A stretch of 61,170 bases of DNA from a virus (Duplodnaviria > Caudoviricetes), in the IMG/VR virus record IMGVR_UViG_3300048576_000579, positions 1 through 61,170 of that record, one strand, 5' to 3'. The position numbers and the translations under genes were made by a program. Below the pieces are notes generated by a model that saw only the letters and a list, made by a program, of their open reading frames with translations, was not told where the DNA came from and made no database searches. How positions within the stretch are numbered: position 1 is the stretch's first letter; each line of letters opens with the position of its first letter. This document shows, one piece after another, positions 12,401 through 19,636 of this stretch.

Positions 12401-13586
12401 CTGACGCATCGCGTTTGAGCAATCCAGAGAATTCTTGTTCCGGCCGTTGCTGACCTGATCCATGGGCGAAGCCGTGCGCGAGGTTCGTTCCGCCGCCCAT
12501 CAAAAACGCGCCTGGAGCGACATCTAAACCCTGGAGCGTCTGCTGCCCCATTTTGCCCACGACGTCTTGCTGGTCCTTGGCGTACAGATGATTCAGAAAG
12601 TCGCCAATGGATTTATCTCGAAACGCCAGCTTGGTCTCTTCGCCTATAAAAGGCGAGCGGCCGACATTTTCAAAAAAAGCTTGTGCTGGCTCTTCTAACA
12701 CTTCGGTCAACGCCTCTGTGCTGCCAGACGTGACGGCATTGCCAATTTTTTTGGCCAAAGATTGTCCAGATGGACCCAAAACGGCGTCAAGCCCCAGCTT
12801 GTTGAGCGCCCAGGACGCGACGCCGTAGCTACCTGCGCGCATGGCGGCCTCTGGAGCGGACACCCCCTGGCCTCGCAAATCATGATAGGACGGCAACGCC
12901 TCCTGGGCGGCGCCAAGGGCGGCGCCAACTCCTGTTCGCAAACCCTGCGGCCCTGCAGCGATGATCGACGGCCCCATACTGACGGCGCCCTCGATAGCGC
13001 CGCGAGCAAGATACCTCGGGTCCAACAACAGCTCTGGATTCTCGAAAAGTCTTTTCCCCTGATAGGCCTCAGGCCCAATCATATCCAGTCCCTGAGCTTG
13101 CTGTGACCAAAAGTCAGCAGACTTCTTTCCCGTCTCCGCGAGCGTCTCCGAGCCAATGGCGTCCCCGAGCAGCTGTACCCCGGCCCCGGCCCCCTGGATG
13201 ATGGATGCCCCGCCACGCGCCAGCCCTTGGTAAAGCGCGCTCTTCGGCAACGGCGTGTCGCTGAACGGGTTCAGAGCTTGCACCTCCTCCTTGAGGCCTG
13301 CGCCCATCCGCGCGAAGTATCCTTGCTCCGGTTGCTGGGGCTGGACAAGCGTTGGCTTCAATAACTCGTGAATTGCCCGCTGATCATGACTCGCTGGCCG
13401 CACTCCAAGTCTAAGAAGCGCCTCAGCCTCTGGCGTATCCTGTCCCGGCATAACCATGCCTTGCCCCGAGGGCTGCGCAGGCGCTTGCGTCTGCGGCGCT
13501 GGGATCAAATCGGCGAAGGGGTTCGCTTCGGGCTGCGCCCCCTGCGGCGCTCCGGCTGGGATCAAATCGGCAAAAGGATTGTCCAC
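474..13586 (-). CDS. Giant DarB-like large polyvalent protein (N6-adenine MTase + SNF2 helicase + zincin metallopeptidase + LPD3-like RNase + ADP-ribosyltransferase + LPD38-like C-terminus), probably virion-injected
   Basis: VLEPGMGVGLF and IGNPPF (MTase); HAVGAGKT, VDEAH, SGTP, QAHGRILRQGN (SF2/SNF2); HESVGH (HExxxH zincin); VYHGT..FFS..NEIAV (ART); last gene of the structural operon. Confidence 0.92.
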   Translation of the reverse strand: MDNPFADLIPAGAPQGAQPEANPFADLIPAPQTQAPAQPSGQGMVMPGQDTPEAEALLRLGVRPASHDQRAIHELLKPTLVQPQQPEQGYFARMGAGLKEEVQALNPFSDTPLPKSALYQGLARGGASIIQGAGAGVQLLGDAIGSETLAETGKKSADFWSQQAQGLDMIGPEAYQGKRLFENPELLLDPRYLARGAIEGAVSMGPSIIAAGPQGLRTGVGAALGAAQEALPSYHDLRGQGVSAPEAAMRAGSYGVASWALNKLGLDAVLGPSGQSLAKKIGNAVTSGSTEALTEVLEEPAQAFFENVGRSPFIGEETKLAFRDKSIGDFLNHLYAKDQQDVVGKMGQQTLQGLDVAPGAFLMGGGTNLAHGFAHGSGQQRPEQEFSGLLKRDASGKSTLEEQERLSALWKELGSSNYGALGLGGMPQELAPELTQEANPFADLIPQQGQVQPQEEQPRTASTAPPLPIPPDATPAQRMEIAGRNSEEAQVEERQRQAGLPPEASREDVLAYGETHLRPNTRETAAKNIEKINDLQLIRKTFADKSPRSRYTVALAERIFEERSAAQQAQVEPAAPASPTEQQPTTPEQAAQPVASAAPTLSKTETAPAAPTAMEIFAEAQQTLKPKALEGIARRVDRLGSLEKVQKVFRGNSVGERYARALAEERYAAPQMPDHAAPGFEGSVGASDLPAGVDGIEGDPFAASPSVQPVASQQSPVREMQNQLPLTGETQTTPEVAPGGAQEKNSAQGMEGEGKATVTGIPAASVRTAVLQNQEQATGAQVEQHANQPGAASPAAPPVSTRGAAEVASPSSSSEELGKANQGVDEDRQRLLMVREALGRALKPALRNKISQNVDALGSVEAVSKQYPSEKATAQRYARMLAEERFSVAKTKAPGAQELGATLTPGMREHVSKVVDKLGSVEAVEKKFPEKAKVHRYARALAEERFNAGVEEHVDFGEQQDVGYDEAGPARTAAPKKETQEQLQHVDNAPNTSVKSEQTEAKSHVDATSQNARDAQGGAQGQSTQGVQRDGEGRDAERVPARKNGGDSRRGDDQRTRRERKGRTRGRAGDLPAGAHVGEPMLEDSHRGGDRGPADRRRGRGGNYVAPEGSLAREGSWKKTAERNLGIVELVKKLQQEQRQATPEEQAQLVKWTGWGASELSQNLFPVSSYDGRIDLDRARPEWKDLVTRVVSLFGPEELRTAMRSTQYAHYTSEKVIRSIWSGLERLGFTQGNVLEPGMGVGLFPIAAPQHIANNIHYVGVEMDSMTAAIAKQLLPNANVIEGDFSKQKLPKDYFDLAIGNPPFSSTKVMSDPEYRKNRFALHDYFFAKSIDRVRPGGLLVFVTSRYTMDKADDAARQYLADRADLLGAVRLPQTAFKQNAGTDVVTDVLFLRKREEGAAKSGESWLGLDEVKTPEGPTLVNEYFVQHPEMVLGEHSLSGKMRYRGEYTVTPMDGDIEAHFAKAVENLPKDVYMESQGKKAEVTNARTAEKDFNPNVKREGALYVDGSGEVRVVQDGAGVSVDEIAKVKPEEKSWLKGYASLKVLLKQAQHDQINDGDWESSLKALGKAYDAFVREHGQIREFMVIERKAKNDEGEDVVAVSRRHKREKLLDLDYERSLMEALETIDSNNQIQKGNFFKGRTIKKPSRPEIKTAQDALAVSLNDLGRLDIAHIAELAGSSRERVIEELGDAVFEDPSHGWQTADEYLSGDVVSKLEEAQTVAKSDERFERNVQALLRVQPRPLNPSEITVALGAPWVDSAHIEQFAKEIMELHSGISYSRDAGVWFVVGENSKGTAASEWGTVRRPPAALLSAAMNNRTVTIKDTVTVDKSTKTFTNKEETAAAQEKVSKIKEAFRNWLWTDAKRTEELTAYYNRNFNNLAPRKFDGSHLTLPGLSLKYKLYDHQKRAIWRVLQTGTTYLNHAVGAGKTLEMIVSGMEQRRVGLVKRPMYVVPNHMLQQFASEFVDAYPLANIMVADEKGFHTSNRRRFFAQAALNDPDAIIITHSSFGKIGVREESLRSVVNEFLEQLDAALDDVETGDRITRKKLEKQKENLESKIMSKAAKEEKDGIVSFEDMGVDFLYVDEAHEFRKLEFVTNRMGLKGIDPNGSAKAMDLYVKTLHLAKQNPGRSHVFASGTPVVNTMGELYSIMRYMDPEGLERGGMEHFDAWSQMFGEVAALVEQNAAGSYETVERFAKFVNVPELMKRVLTFMDVMGSKQLGDIVKRPTLTNQGNPTNVVVQPSDALNAYLKGELQRRIEISKKFKPSKDQPGNPDPLINIITDGRLAAIDLRLVGAKDDKNSKLNQMIDKIIATHKRTTQERYDGEKRPGATQIVFSDVGFGEAVRKNRGFDVKAFINGRLKEAGVNPSEIAWMEDYNTHAKKEALFKELRAGTKRILFGSSKNMGTGLNVQRRLKELHYLSPPWYPAAVEQAHGRILRQGNLNKKISINWYATKGTYDSTQWGSLARKQKFIDQAFSGDDTVRNLDDVGEASQFEMAAALAAGDERAIELVKLRGEVQRLESLQAAHHNEQIRFKRESRSLSSSIKSGTERVNELSALLKDLGDEGYLASKDFFMEIDGKHYEGDRAAGDALWAKAAKELEQFKQGKAKEATRLLGKRQGDQNIYLDLERLQDGECRIGDIFVSKNKRRFDLRPAYGSGAINLEETAGTTLARRVKEANIMVQRDLSNRLKSIQGNKDEKASYDRRIGAPFPQESTLAEAVAKVAQLEKELQADGVKTEGGASAEELGQALNVDDARFSHSEASGERRATPAQVSALEKQLEPLQKIAKRGIAIKVLASMDEAPRHVIDQIPEGQTMRAVYDPKTQTIYFNAGAMMGEADVAHSVLESAKEVWLHESVGHHGLRGFFEQQFGKQWKAQFVGYLHRVAATFEGSKEWADLKRLYPQRDGMSSAEHRLELAEEMHAQLTEKLQLGEDLSPKERTLWQKFVDFLERLVTKILPGNKLSRPEMEQIARDSFDWLTGRGQARETAGQGFGGAMGGELAGVRASMTERKAAARSLAEMRHDFGNLKPEEQKRVQAEAQRQLDAVKEVRDTQGRLLAPSGKPSQLNELQWKQVRTPWFKEWFGDWEVLRKSPVPYTVLRGDEISPSGTPIREMQEKAREILENLRTSKTQSKTVNADTGWSIIIGSVGVDETMRHAAQIAHNQSVPAIPELLKKAVLVGYETNRKQKQFDNIPTVYHFYAPLRIGGDEYVARLVVKKARDGSFFYDHYLSEIEKPARLPRPDIKSGPGEAGISEMKISTLLENVKPEHLPSRVVDENGEPLVVYHGTGNGDITSFLPNGGGTRGDYEHALEHFRKAKAENSPYGYMNFRSGSFFSPHPDYAGHYAPESGGAVYPVYIKSVNPVYVGQKAWGHYQNITSDALIMEENGKINEIAVIDPEQIKSATGNVGTFSARNPDIRFSLSTPIEDTPTPTMANSSKIKAFVGDVAAGLQYSLSNMLMPGKASEFGFLGKLGRSPEWIKHPVFRKIFEVFRNRQDRAHEIMFETLQREDGTTIHAGLKKLAKESPEQYKLLGEIMDRADVNEWKMDATEKVFQEHGASEETISLWKDMRQAYDKLLDLRLKAYREMLADAQKKADERGVPIEKILKDVEYTDESGRVVQMSLKEAIERMGELRGSYAPRQRDQGSFTVTGKRKNPETGEWEFYRQHAATGLQATMLRRQMERDGWKMNPVGKVKALPESTQQAIRALEMAKAISSAASASKGVWEITWLKDKGLGKTETMRETTTDPALADRMRDEGKRVVSVERKQGAVQDEVKEALYQDLIQNLADDIKARGFRSASIKREGRRGEVVLGYETDPGKRFMTYTTMTAYGVAKGEAAQQATLALFGGKDGKGINPKDEPEAYQYSIEYLKEQLRNAEAADRAIGLAKGIASFKFLGFNPRSALVNMVALATNVPPAIHQYALGGKGSMGQIALATAQGLKDYSAWAFAGRESALKNDDERAFMAEVKRKNLDDAQFAREASSAYRAAMGDGWATAMKGAMWFFSKTEQANRGGTMLAAYRLARRAGQDHAQAMKSAELASDRAHGVYGKEAMPYLAWGTGLGRIGQVMYVYQKFGHNTLQMLYDLGLSQKNAKAAAWLTLSPVLLAGGTGSVAWMVAQAIAKGLEPDRDPDKVLHDMIRRNLGGHVDDFARFGAFGLMGMNLTSSMKMLPNIPDSASDVSGPIGGVWRDVADAWRYLKKGQYGRAAEKALPNAAGRMLQAARESEQGVTTKTGARVYDEKGHPYRPSATETTLKALGVTPSDESSLKQRTHEAKADVAGFTERRNEIYERARAFYASQKKDSAEWSKIVLDVQKFNQSVAKHKLAGAVSFIRASNLRNQAMRMARGSKQFMMMMKDADGDEDEAE
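3784..3812 (+). promoter_or_regulatory. Putative antisense sigma70 promoter inside the giant gene
   Basis: TTGACG (3784-3789), 17-nt spacer, TATTTT (3807-3812). Confidence 0.5.
3819..3882 (+). ncRNA. Putative ~64-nt antisense small RNA (rod hairpin ending in a U-tract)
   Basis: AGAGATACCCGCT pairs with AGCGGGTTTTTCT; inner stem CCGGAT/ATCCGG; starts 7 nt after the -10 box. Confidence 0.45.
10271..10576 (-). CDS. Nested out-of-frame 101-aa helical protein (TnpV-like pattern) inside the giant gene
   Basis: GGAGG SD at 10590-10586, 9 nt before ATG; own promoter; globular acidic composition, while the host frame here is R/G/D-rich and looks off-frame. Confidence 0.75.
   Translation of the reverse strand: MWMPHHKMLEMLRVALKDRAPKAYSEMEKDGTLNEFLQGRMEAIREEAMTRELGGSGKEEPEDGLEIFQQAHMWANQCWKIAIEEGIADLPIEDEEEAETM
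10601..10630 (-). promoter_or_regulatory. Internal sigma70 promoter for the nested gene
   Basis: TAGACA (10630-10625), 18-nt spacer, TAAAAT (10606-10601), then SD and ATG. Confidence 0.6.
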
Positions 13587-13589
13587 GAG

Positions 13590-15293
13590 CTACCCCCTGT
13601 GGCCGAGAGCGAACAAACGCTCAGCCACCCTTTTCGGATCAGCGCCTTGTTGAATTGCAAGCTTTGCTTGATCCGCCAGACTCGCTTTCTGTCCGGCCTG
13701 GCCTATCCCTAAGCCGCCGCCTGGGTTCATCCCCTGCCGCCCAGTGGTCGCAACGCGCCCCAGTCCGCCCACATTGACCCCCTGGCCGGTATTCGGGTCC
13801 ATACCTTGCCGCGCGAGCTGCGCCGAGGTGGTGTTGTTCTTCAGGTAGTCCCAGGCCATGCCCGTGCCCTGACCGATGCCTTGAGCCACGGATATGCCAG
13901 GCGTATTGCGACCGAGCCACGCGAAGCCGCGCTTGATGTACAGAGGGTCAGCGGCCTGCCCGTACTCGAACGCTCGTTGTCCGACGTTGCCGCCGGACGG
14001 CGCGCTGGTCGCGGCATTACCGGCCCGCTCGGCCAGCGAGGGAAGTCCTTGCCCGTAAGGATCGCGACTCGTAACCGGCGCCGGGTTTTGGACCTGGACC
14101 CCGGCCGGGGAAGACTGCGCGACCGCTGGTTGCGTCTCGGCCTGGCCTGCGGCCGGGGTCTGCGCCGCGAATCCTTCGCGCAAAGCCCCCTGCAATCGCG
14201 CCTGCAGGGGCGTTTGACCCAAGCCAAGACCACGCGCGTCCTGGTAAAACTGCCCGCTGTCCGCCAACGCATCCGTGTTGACCGGGCTCGTCTGCTCTCC
14301 CGGATTCCGAAACGCGCCGCCTCCGCTCGAATTCCCAGGAGCCAAACCACCGCCGCCTCTGATGTACCGAGCGCCTGGGCCAATCCCATCCGGCCCCCGG
14401 TTTTCGCCCGGAGCAAATGTGTTGCGGGCAACCGCGTCTTGCACGGCGGGAGAAAGTGCATTCCTCTCCGTCCCGTCCGGTCCGTAGACCATCATCCTCG
14501 GCGCACGCGGCTGAATAGCTCCAACGCCAGGTTGCGACTGAGCTTGAGACCCAGGGTAACCGGGATACTGTCCGCCGGGATTCTGGATCGGGTTATTCCA
14601 TGATCCCTGAGCGGGTCCGGACCCCTGTTGGGCAGCCGCGGGCTGGTACGCCACTGGCCCAGGGAATCCGGGCGCCGTGCTATACGCCGGCGGCTGGCTG
14701 GGATCGCCCAAACCCAACGTAGTCGCGTAGCCGCTGGTTGCAGCGCCAGGCATGACCATGCCCTGCTGGGGCTGCTGCGATTGCTGGGCCGTCGTCGTGG
14801 CCCCACCGCTGGTCTTCTCGTCCTTGGGTTGCTTCTCCCCGGACAGACCAGCAAGAATCTGCGCAACCGTCGCGTAGCTCTTTTTGCCCGTGCTCGGGTC
14901 CATGCCGATCTCAACGAGCTTGTTTTGCATCTCCCATTGCTTCTGGGCCTGCTGTGCTTGCCCCACGCCGAACCTGGCCCCGGTCTCCATTCCGGTGCGG
15001 TAATTATGCCCCTGCTCTTGAACCCCGGTGCGGTAGTTCATGCCCTGTTCCATCATAGAGTGGACGCCGTACTGTCCCTGATTTGCAAGCCCTTGCCTGG
15101 CGTAGTCGCCTTCGTTGCGCAGCCCCTGCGTCGCGTAATCGCCCTCATTCCGCAGCCCCTGGACGCCAAACAACCCCTCATTGACTATCCCCTGCCGGAT
15201 CTGATCGTCTATCGCCTGCGAGTGCTTGGATTCTTCCTGGATGCCGCCAAAGCTCATGCCTTGCACGCTGGTCGTTCTATCTCTCATCGCCAT
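13590..15293 (-). CDS. Putative internal virion/ejection protein, G/Q/P-rich
   Basis: Position before the DarB-like gene; 11-aa repeats (LRNEGDYATQG x2, NYRTG x2); low complexity. Confidence 0.6.
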   Translation of the reverse strand: MAMRDRTTSVQGMSFGGIQEESKHSQAIDDQIRQGIVNEGLFGVQGLRNEGDYATQGLRNEGDYARQGLANQGQYGVHSMMEQGMNYRTGVQEQGHNYRTGMETGARFGVGQAQQAQKQWEMQNKLVEIGMDPSTGKKSYATVAQILAGLSGEKQPKDEKTSGGATTTAQQSQQPQQGMVMPGAATSGYATTLGLGDPSQPPAYSTAPGFPGPVAYQPAAAQQGSGPAQGSWNNPIQNPGGQYPGYPGSQAQSQPGVGAIQPRAPRMMVYGPDGTERNALSPAVQDAVARNTFAPGENRGPDGIGPGARYIRGGGGLAPGNSSGGGAFRNPGEQTSPVNTDALADSGQFYQDARGLGLGQTPLQARLQGALREGFAAQTPAAGQAETQPAVAQSSPAGVQVQNPAPVTSRDPYGQGLPSLAERAGNAATSAPSGGNVGQRAFEYGQAADPLYIKRGFAWLGRNTPGISVAQGIGQGTGMAWDYLKNNTTSAQLARQGMDPNTGQGVNVGGLGRVATTGRQGMNPGGGLGIGQAGQKASLADQAKLAIQQGADPKRVAERLFALGHRG

Positions 15294-15303
15294 GGTTATC
15301 TCC

Positions 15304-17229
15304 TTACGAGCTCTCTTGAAATTGGTGGGTCCAGGACTCGCCGACGGTTACGCCTCCGTGGAAGCTGTTTTGCACGCTAAAGCTGTCGTTGGATTTGTAA
15401 TCGAACCCGACGGTTGCGTTCCGTGATCCAAGGGCCGCTGTCGAAACGTGCGCGTGCGTGCTGCCTCTTATTTCCGCGATCTTCTCTCGCAAGGCCTGCT
15501 GCGCCATGTATGCGTCAACAAGATTTTTAGCCTGCGCCATGAGCGCTTGCGCTCGCTGTGTGTTTTCCTGGACCTTGGCTTTGTACTGCTCCACGTCCAC
15601 GCTTTGCAGGCTCGTAATCGCTTTGGTCTCCGCTTCGAAAGCGCCGACTTCGGACGTGAAAATCTTTGTCAGATTCTCGTTTTCCGCGAGCAGGGCCTTG
15701 AGTTCCGCCTCGGCCTGGGTCAGCGCGGACGCGTGCCGCTTGGCCTTGGTTTCCCATTCCGCGATCTCCAGCCGGCGCCGCTCAATGTCGTAAGAGCCCT
15801 TGCGCGCCTTGGCGTCCACCAGCGTCCCGTAGGCAGCCACCTCCTTGGAATAAAGGTTGACCTTGGCCTCTTCCCCGGCGATGGATTTGATATACGCGTC
15901 GTAACGGGTCGCGATCGACTGGAGCCGGGTAGAGTAGGCCTCGACCGTGGTTTTGTAGTTGTCCAGGATCTGGCGTTGGAGTTCCGCTTTGATCTTTGCC
16001 GCGGACATCTGCGCGTTGAAAATGTTGACGCGAAGCTCCAGTCCGGACAACTCGGCCTTGTAGATCTCGATGAGCTTGGCTTGGACGTCGGCCGTGATGC
16101 GCTTGCCTTCAAGGTAGGCCTTGTACTGCTCCAGACGCTGTATTTTCGCGTCAACCCGGGCCTTGAACACAACGGCGTCAGCCTGGTACTGCTCCAGCTC
16201 GGCCTTGTGGTAGGAGAGCGCGGCCTCGTACTCCTTGAGCGTGAATTCCGCGAATGTCTTGGCCTGCTCCCACGACAGCTCGACGTCCTTATTGCGCAGG
16301 TCAATCGCGGCCTGAACAACAACCATTCCGTACTGCAGGCCGACTTGCGTGTTGGACTGGATCAGCCGCTCTTCCTCGACCAGGATGTCTTTGAGGAGGT
16401 CTGTCAGCGACTGCGCGTAGCGACCGCGCGTCTGCGCAACCAGCGCGTTCAGGGCGCCCGGAGGCCTGGACCAGCCTAGGGACGCGAACCGCCGATGCAG
16501 AGCAGCCTCTTCCGTCGCCGCGGCCTCATCGATCTTGTTCCGGCCGCGCGAGAACAGCGCGTTGCGCGCCTTGTCCGACATGGGCGAGCCGGTCTCGATG
16601 ATCGTCGCGATCTTGGCCCGGAACTTGTCGAGCAAGACGTCTCGAAAGGTCTCCGGCGGCGTGACGACAAGCAGCTTCCCCGGGGGCGTCAGACTAAGCG
16701 CCGGCCGCACACCTTCGAAAAATGCCTCGTCGATCTCCGGAGCGTCCTCGATCACGATCTCAGAGAAATTTGGCGCGTCAGGAAAAACAAGAACTGGCGC
16801 GTCCGGTGTCTCGATCTCCGCGACCGTTGGCGCGTTCCCCGGCTCATCTGGATAAACAACGTCGGGGGCATCCTTGAAGCTGATTATTGGTTTTTCTCCG
16901 TCCCATTCCGGCATGGAAAGGTCGGCCAGCGCTGCTCCGGAAAACGCATCGAAGAGGACCGGGAAATTCGCGGCGATGCTCCTGAAGGTTGGCTTCGTGG
17001 GACCACTCGGCAGTGACCGTTCGCCCGGAGGCTCCGCCGTCTCGACGCCGAACGTCGTCAGAGATATCGATTCGTTCGCAAGCTCCGTCAACGTAGTCAT
17101 CGCTTCGTGCATTGCAGTGATTTCGCTCGTCGCGAACGCCTCGGCCAACTCAAATTGGTCCGTGATAAACGACGAGGTAGTCTGAAGCGGGTTGCTGTGC
17201 GGGGTTGGAGTGTCTACGTGACTGCTCAT
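15304..17229 (-). CDS. Putative virion/ejection protein with a long coiled coil
   Basis: Pro-rich N-terminus, long A/E/K heptad region, structural operon. Confidence 0.6.
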   Translation of the reverse strand: MSSHVDTPTPHSNPLQTTSSFITDQFELAEAFATSEITAMHEAMTTLTELANESISLTTFGVETAEPPGERSLPSGPTKPTFRSIAANFPVLFDAFSGAALADLSMPEWDGEKPIISFKDAPDVVYPDEPGNAPTVAEIETPDAPVLVFPDAPNFSEIVIEDAPEIDEAFFEGVRPALSLTPPGKLLVVTPPETFRDVLLDKFRAKIATIIETGSPMSDKARNALFSRGRNKIDEAAATEEAALHRRFASLGWSRPPGALNALVAQTRGRYAQSLTDLLKDILVEEERLIQSNTQVGLQYGMVVVQAAIDLRNKDVELSWEQAKTFAEFTLKEYEAALSYHKAELEQYQADAVVFKARVDAKIQRLEQYKAYLEGKRITADVQAKLIEIYKAELSGLELRVNIFNAQMSAAKIKAELQRQILDNYKTTVEAYSTRLQSIATRYDAYIKSIAGEEAKVNLYSKEVAAYGTLVDAKARKGSYDIERRRLEIAEWETKAKRHASALTQAEAELKALLAENENLTKIFTSEVGAFEAETKAITSLQSVDVEQYKAKVQENTQRAQALMAQAKNLVDAYMAQQALREKIAEIRGSTHAHVSTAALGSRNATVGFDYKSNDSFSVQNSFHGGVTVGESWTHQFQESS

Positions 17230-17238
17230 ATTATTTCC

Positions 17239-19170
17239 TTATATCATCCATGCTGGTCTGTTATTCTCAAATAGAATGTGGTATCCAGAATTATAACCAT
17301 ACGAGAATTCTTTTTGTGTTATGTCGAATGCAAGCATGCTCAGCATAATACAAAGACAACCAGTCGCGACATATCGATAACGGATTGTTCCCCCGTATGC
17401 GCTGCAAGAATATGTCCAAAATGGGTTGCGAACTTCAGCTTCTCGTTTTGCCGTCAGGTGTATTGTTGTTGGTCCTGCAGTGTTGTTGTTATATCCATGC
17501 CAGTCTTGATCTGGTTTCCCGTCATTTCGCGTGCAGTACTCGCTCCACGAGCCTGCTCCTCCGCAAAACATCGCTGTCTTGTCGAAATCGATAATTTCGC
17601 TTATAAAATCAGCGGAATTTGTTTTGAACCCGTTAACCTTTCCGTGTAGCAATGGAAGATTCGCCCGAGGAGCGCAGAACGGGACGCTGTATTGATCTTC
17701 ATCACCCAGGTTATAGGTTTTGCTACCGTATATGTGACCGAAGTATCGGAAAGGTTCGGACCACTCAGACGTTGACACGTTTTGTATTTGATAAAAAACA
17801 CGCGGAAGAACTTGATCTACTATCGATCCTGAATACCCATCAAAAAGATATCCCCGCGTTGACTGAACAGTGTCGTTCGTACTTTCAAAATTATACTTCG
17901 CCTTGATCCACCCGCCCTGAGGAACGAACGCATAGCCCACATAGTCAGACAACTTGTTTCCAAGCGCGTCGTAATAATAGCTCCCTGACCACGGGGACTT
18001 TACATAGCTTCGTCGCATCCAAATATAGATTTTATCGAGTTGAAGAGCCTCGACCTTCGAAGGGTCTGGGTCGAATTCCGCGAATTTGGCTTCCGACGCG
18101 GCGTCATGAATAGCCTCGATCTCGCCTTGATCCAGGTCTGGATTGATCTCTAGTGCTGCGTTGACTGCAGCAATACCTGCGTTTTTGGCTGCATCGAGCG
18201 CGGCTTGATAGTCCGCCAGGATGGCTTCGAATTCTGCGGAGGTTAGGGTCTTGAACGGGGCCTCCGGCTTTGCGTCTTCTTCCTCAATCCTCTTGTCGAT
18301 ACACCAGACAATCTCGTGAGAGCCCTCCCAGGACATGAATGTTTCCGGGAGCACGGTATCAAGCAGATAGTTGCCACCGGTCTGCAAGCTCCTTGCCTTG
18401 CGTTGTCCCAGCCCGCCATAGGGGAGCCAACAGTTGCCAACTTGGTCCTTGTTCACTGTCGAGTAGCTGTAGGTGTTCTCTGTTCCGCATTCGGAGTTGA
18501 TGGGCATGCAGGTTCCTGGGTAGAATGCGAATCCTGCGGACTTAAATGGATTCGCCCTGGTAAACGAGTACAGAGGCGTATAGCCGATGAAGTTTCCTGA
18601 AAGTTCAACGGAGGCCTCTAGCGTCACATTCGGATCTTCAACAGTGTCCAGCCCACCCCAATCCACGATCCACAGCGCTTCTTCCGTATCGTACGCGATG
18701 ACTACTTTCCCGCCGAGCGTCCCAGGGTATTTGGAGTAATTCAGCTCATAGTTCTTTTCCGTGTCCACCAACGCCTGCTTCAGGTCGCCATTCAGGCACA
18801 CCGTGAAACACCGCTCGTCGCGATCCAGGACATGCTCTGGCTTCATCTCTGTGCCGTCGTAGCGGAACAGCTTGAACCTGAGCGGGGTGGTGTATTTTGC
18901 AACTCGAACTTGGCGCTTGGGCGCTGGCTGCGGAGGAACGTAAATTTTGACGAGGTCCTGGCCGAATCCCGATTTCGTGGTGATCTTGATCCCGCCGTTG
19001 AGCGTGGTGACCCGCGGAACGTTCTGGACGTGAATCGGCAGACGCCCTTGGTCAACCTTGTGCCTGGTCAGCAAAACATGCGCGTGCCCGATGAGTTTCG
19101 CGGCCGCGTCGCGGTCCCCTTCCAACACAACTTTGGGCGGGTACTGATTGAAGGGGAGCTTCCAAGCCAT
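17239..19170 (-). CDS. Putative virion structural protein with a variable, lower-GC C-terminus
   Basis: 643-aa ORF tightly packed in the late operon. Confidence 0.6.
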   Translation of the reverse strand: MAWKLPFNQYPPKVVLEGDRDAAAKLIGHAHVLLTRHKVDQGRLPIHVQNVPRVTTLNGGIKITTKSGFGQDLVKIYVPPQPAPKRQVRVAKYTTPLRFKLFRYDGTEMKPEHVLDRDERCFTVCLNGDLKQALVDTEKNYELNYSKYPGTLGGKVVIAYDTEEALWIVDWGGLDTVEDPNVTLEASVELSGNFIGYTPLYSFTRANPFKSAGFAFYPGTCMPINSECGTENTYSYSTVNKDQVGNCWLPYGGLGQRKARSLQTGGNYLLDTVLPETFMSWEGSHEIVWCIDKRIEEEDAKPEAPFKTLTSAEFEAILADYQAALDAAKNAGIAAVNAALEINPDLDQGEIEAIHDAASEAKFAEFDPDPSKVEALQLDKIYIWMRRSYVKSPWSGSYYYDALGNKLSDYVGYAFVPQGGWIKAKYNFESTNDTVQSTRGYLFDGYSGSIVDQVLPRVFYQIQNVSTSEWSEPFRYFGHIYGSKTYNLGDEDQYSVPFCAPRANLPLLHGKVNGFKTNSADFISEIIDFDKTAMFCGGAGSWSEYCTRNDGKPDQDWHGYNNNTAGPTTIHLTAKREAEVRNPFWTYSCSAYGGTIRYRYVATGCLCIMLSMLAFDITQKEFSYGYNSGYHILFENNRPAWMI

Positions 19171-19171
19171 G

Positions 19172-19636
19172 CTACCTCCAGAACGGGGTTTGCACGACCT
19201 GCACCATGAGCGCGTCGAGCGCGGCCGGACCTGCGCCGCTGATCCGATGCGCGAGCCGAACGCCTTGGACGTCGGAGCCGGCGTAGGAGATCATGGACGT
19301 GAGGCCGCCAGCCTGCGCGATCTGCACCGGGTGTTCCCGACGTCGCCGCCCCTCGTCCGCGATCAGCGTGTAGGTGATCCGCGTGGAGGGCCAGGCCTCG
19401 CCGAGGATCTGCGCGAGGCGGATGCGCTTGGCCCTAATGGCCCCCATATCGTCTGACGGCGTCTCCAGGGCCCAGGCCACGAGCTGGCCGTAATCTGCGT
19501 CGCCCAGATACTCGGCGATTCCATCGGATCCGGCCGCGAGTAGGCGACCGTCAACAACGCACAGGCTTTCCAGGTCCGGCGTTTCCCACTGGGCCAGCGC
19601 GCCGGTCTTGATGTTCATGCACAGTCCGTTTTTCAT
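19172..19636 (-). CDS. Putative tail structural protein
   Basis: ATGA overlap with the upstream gene; beta-rich. Confidence 0.55.
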   Translation of the reverse strand: MKNGLCMNIKTGALAQWETPDLESLCVVDGRLLAAGSDGIAEYLGDADYGQLVAWALETPSDDMGAIRAKRIRLAQILGEAWPSTRITYTLIADEGRRRREHPVQIAQAGGLTSMISYAGSDVQGVRLAHRISGAGPAALDALMVQVVQTPFWR

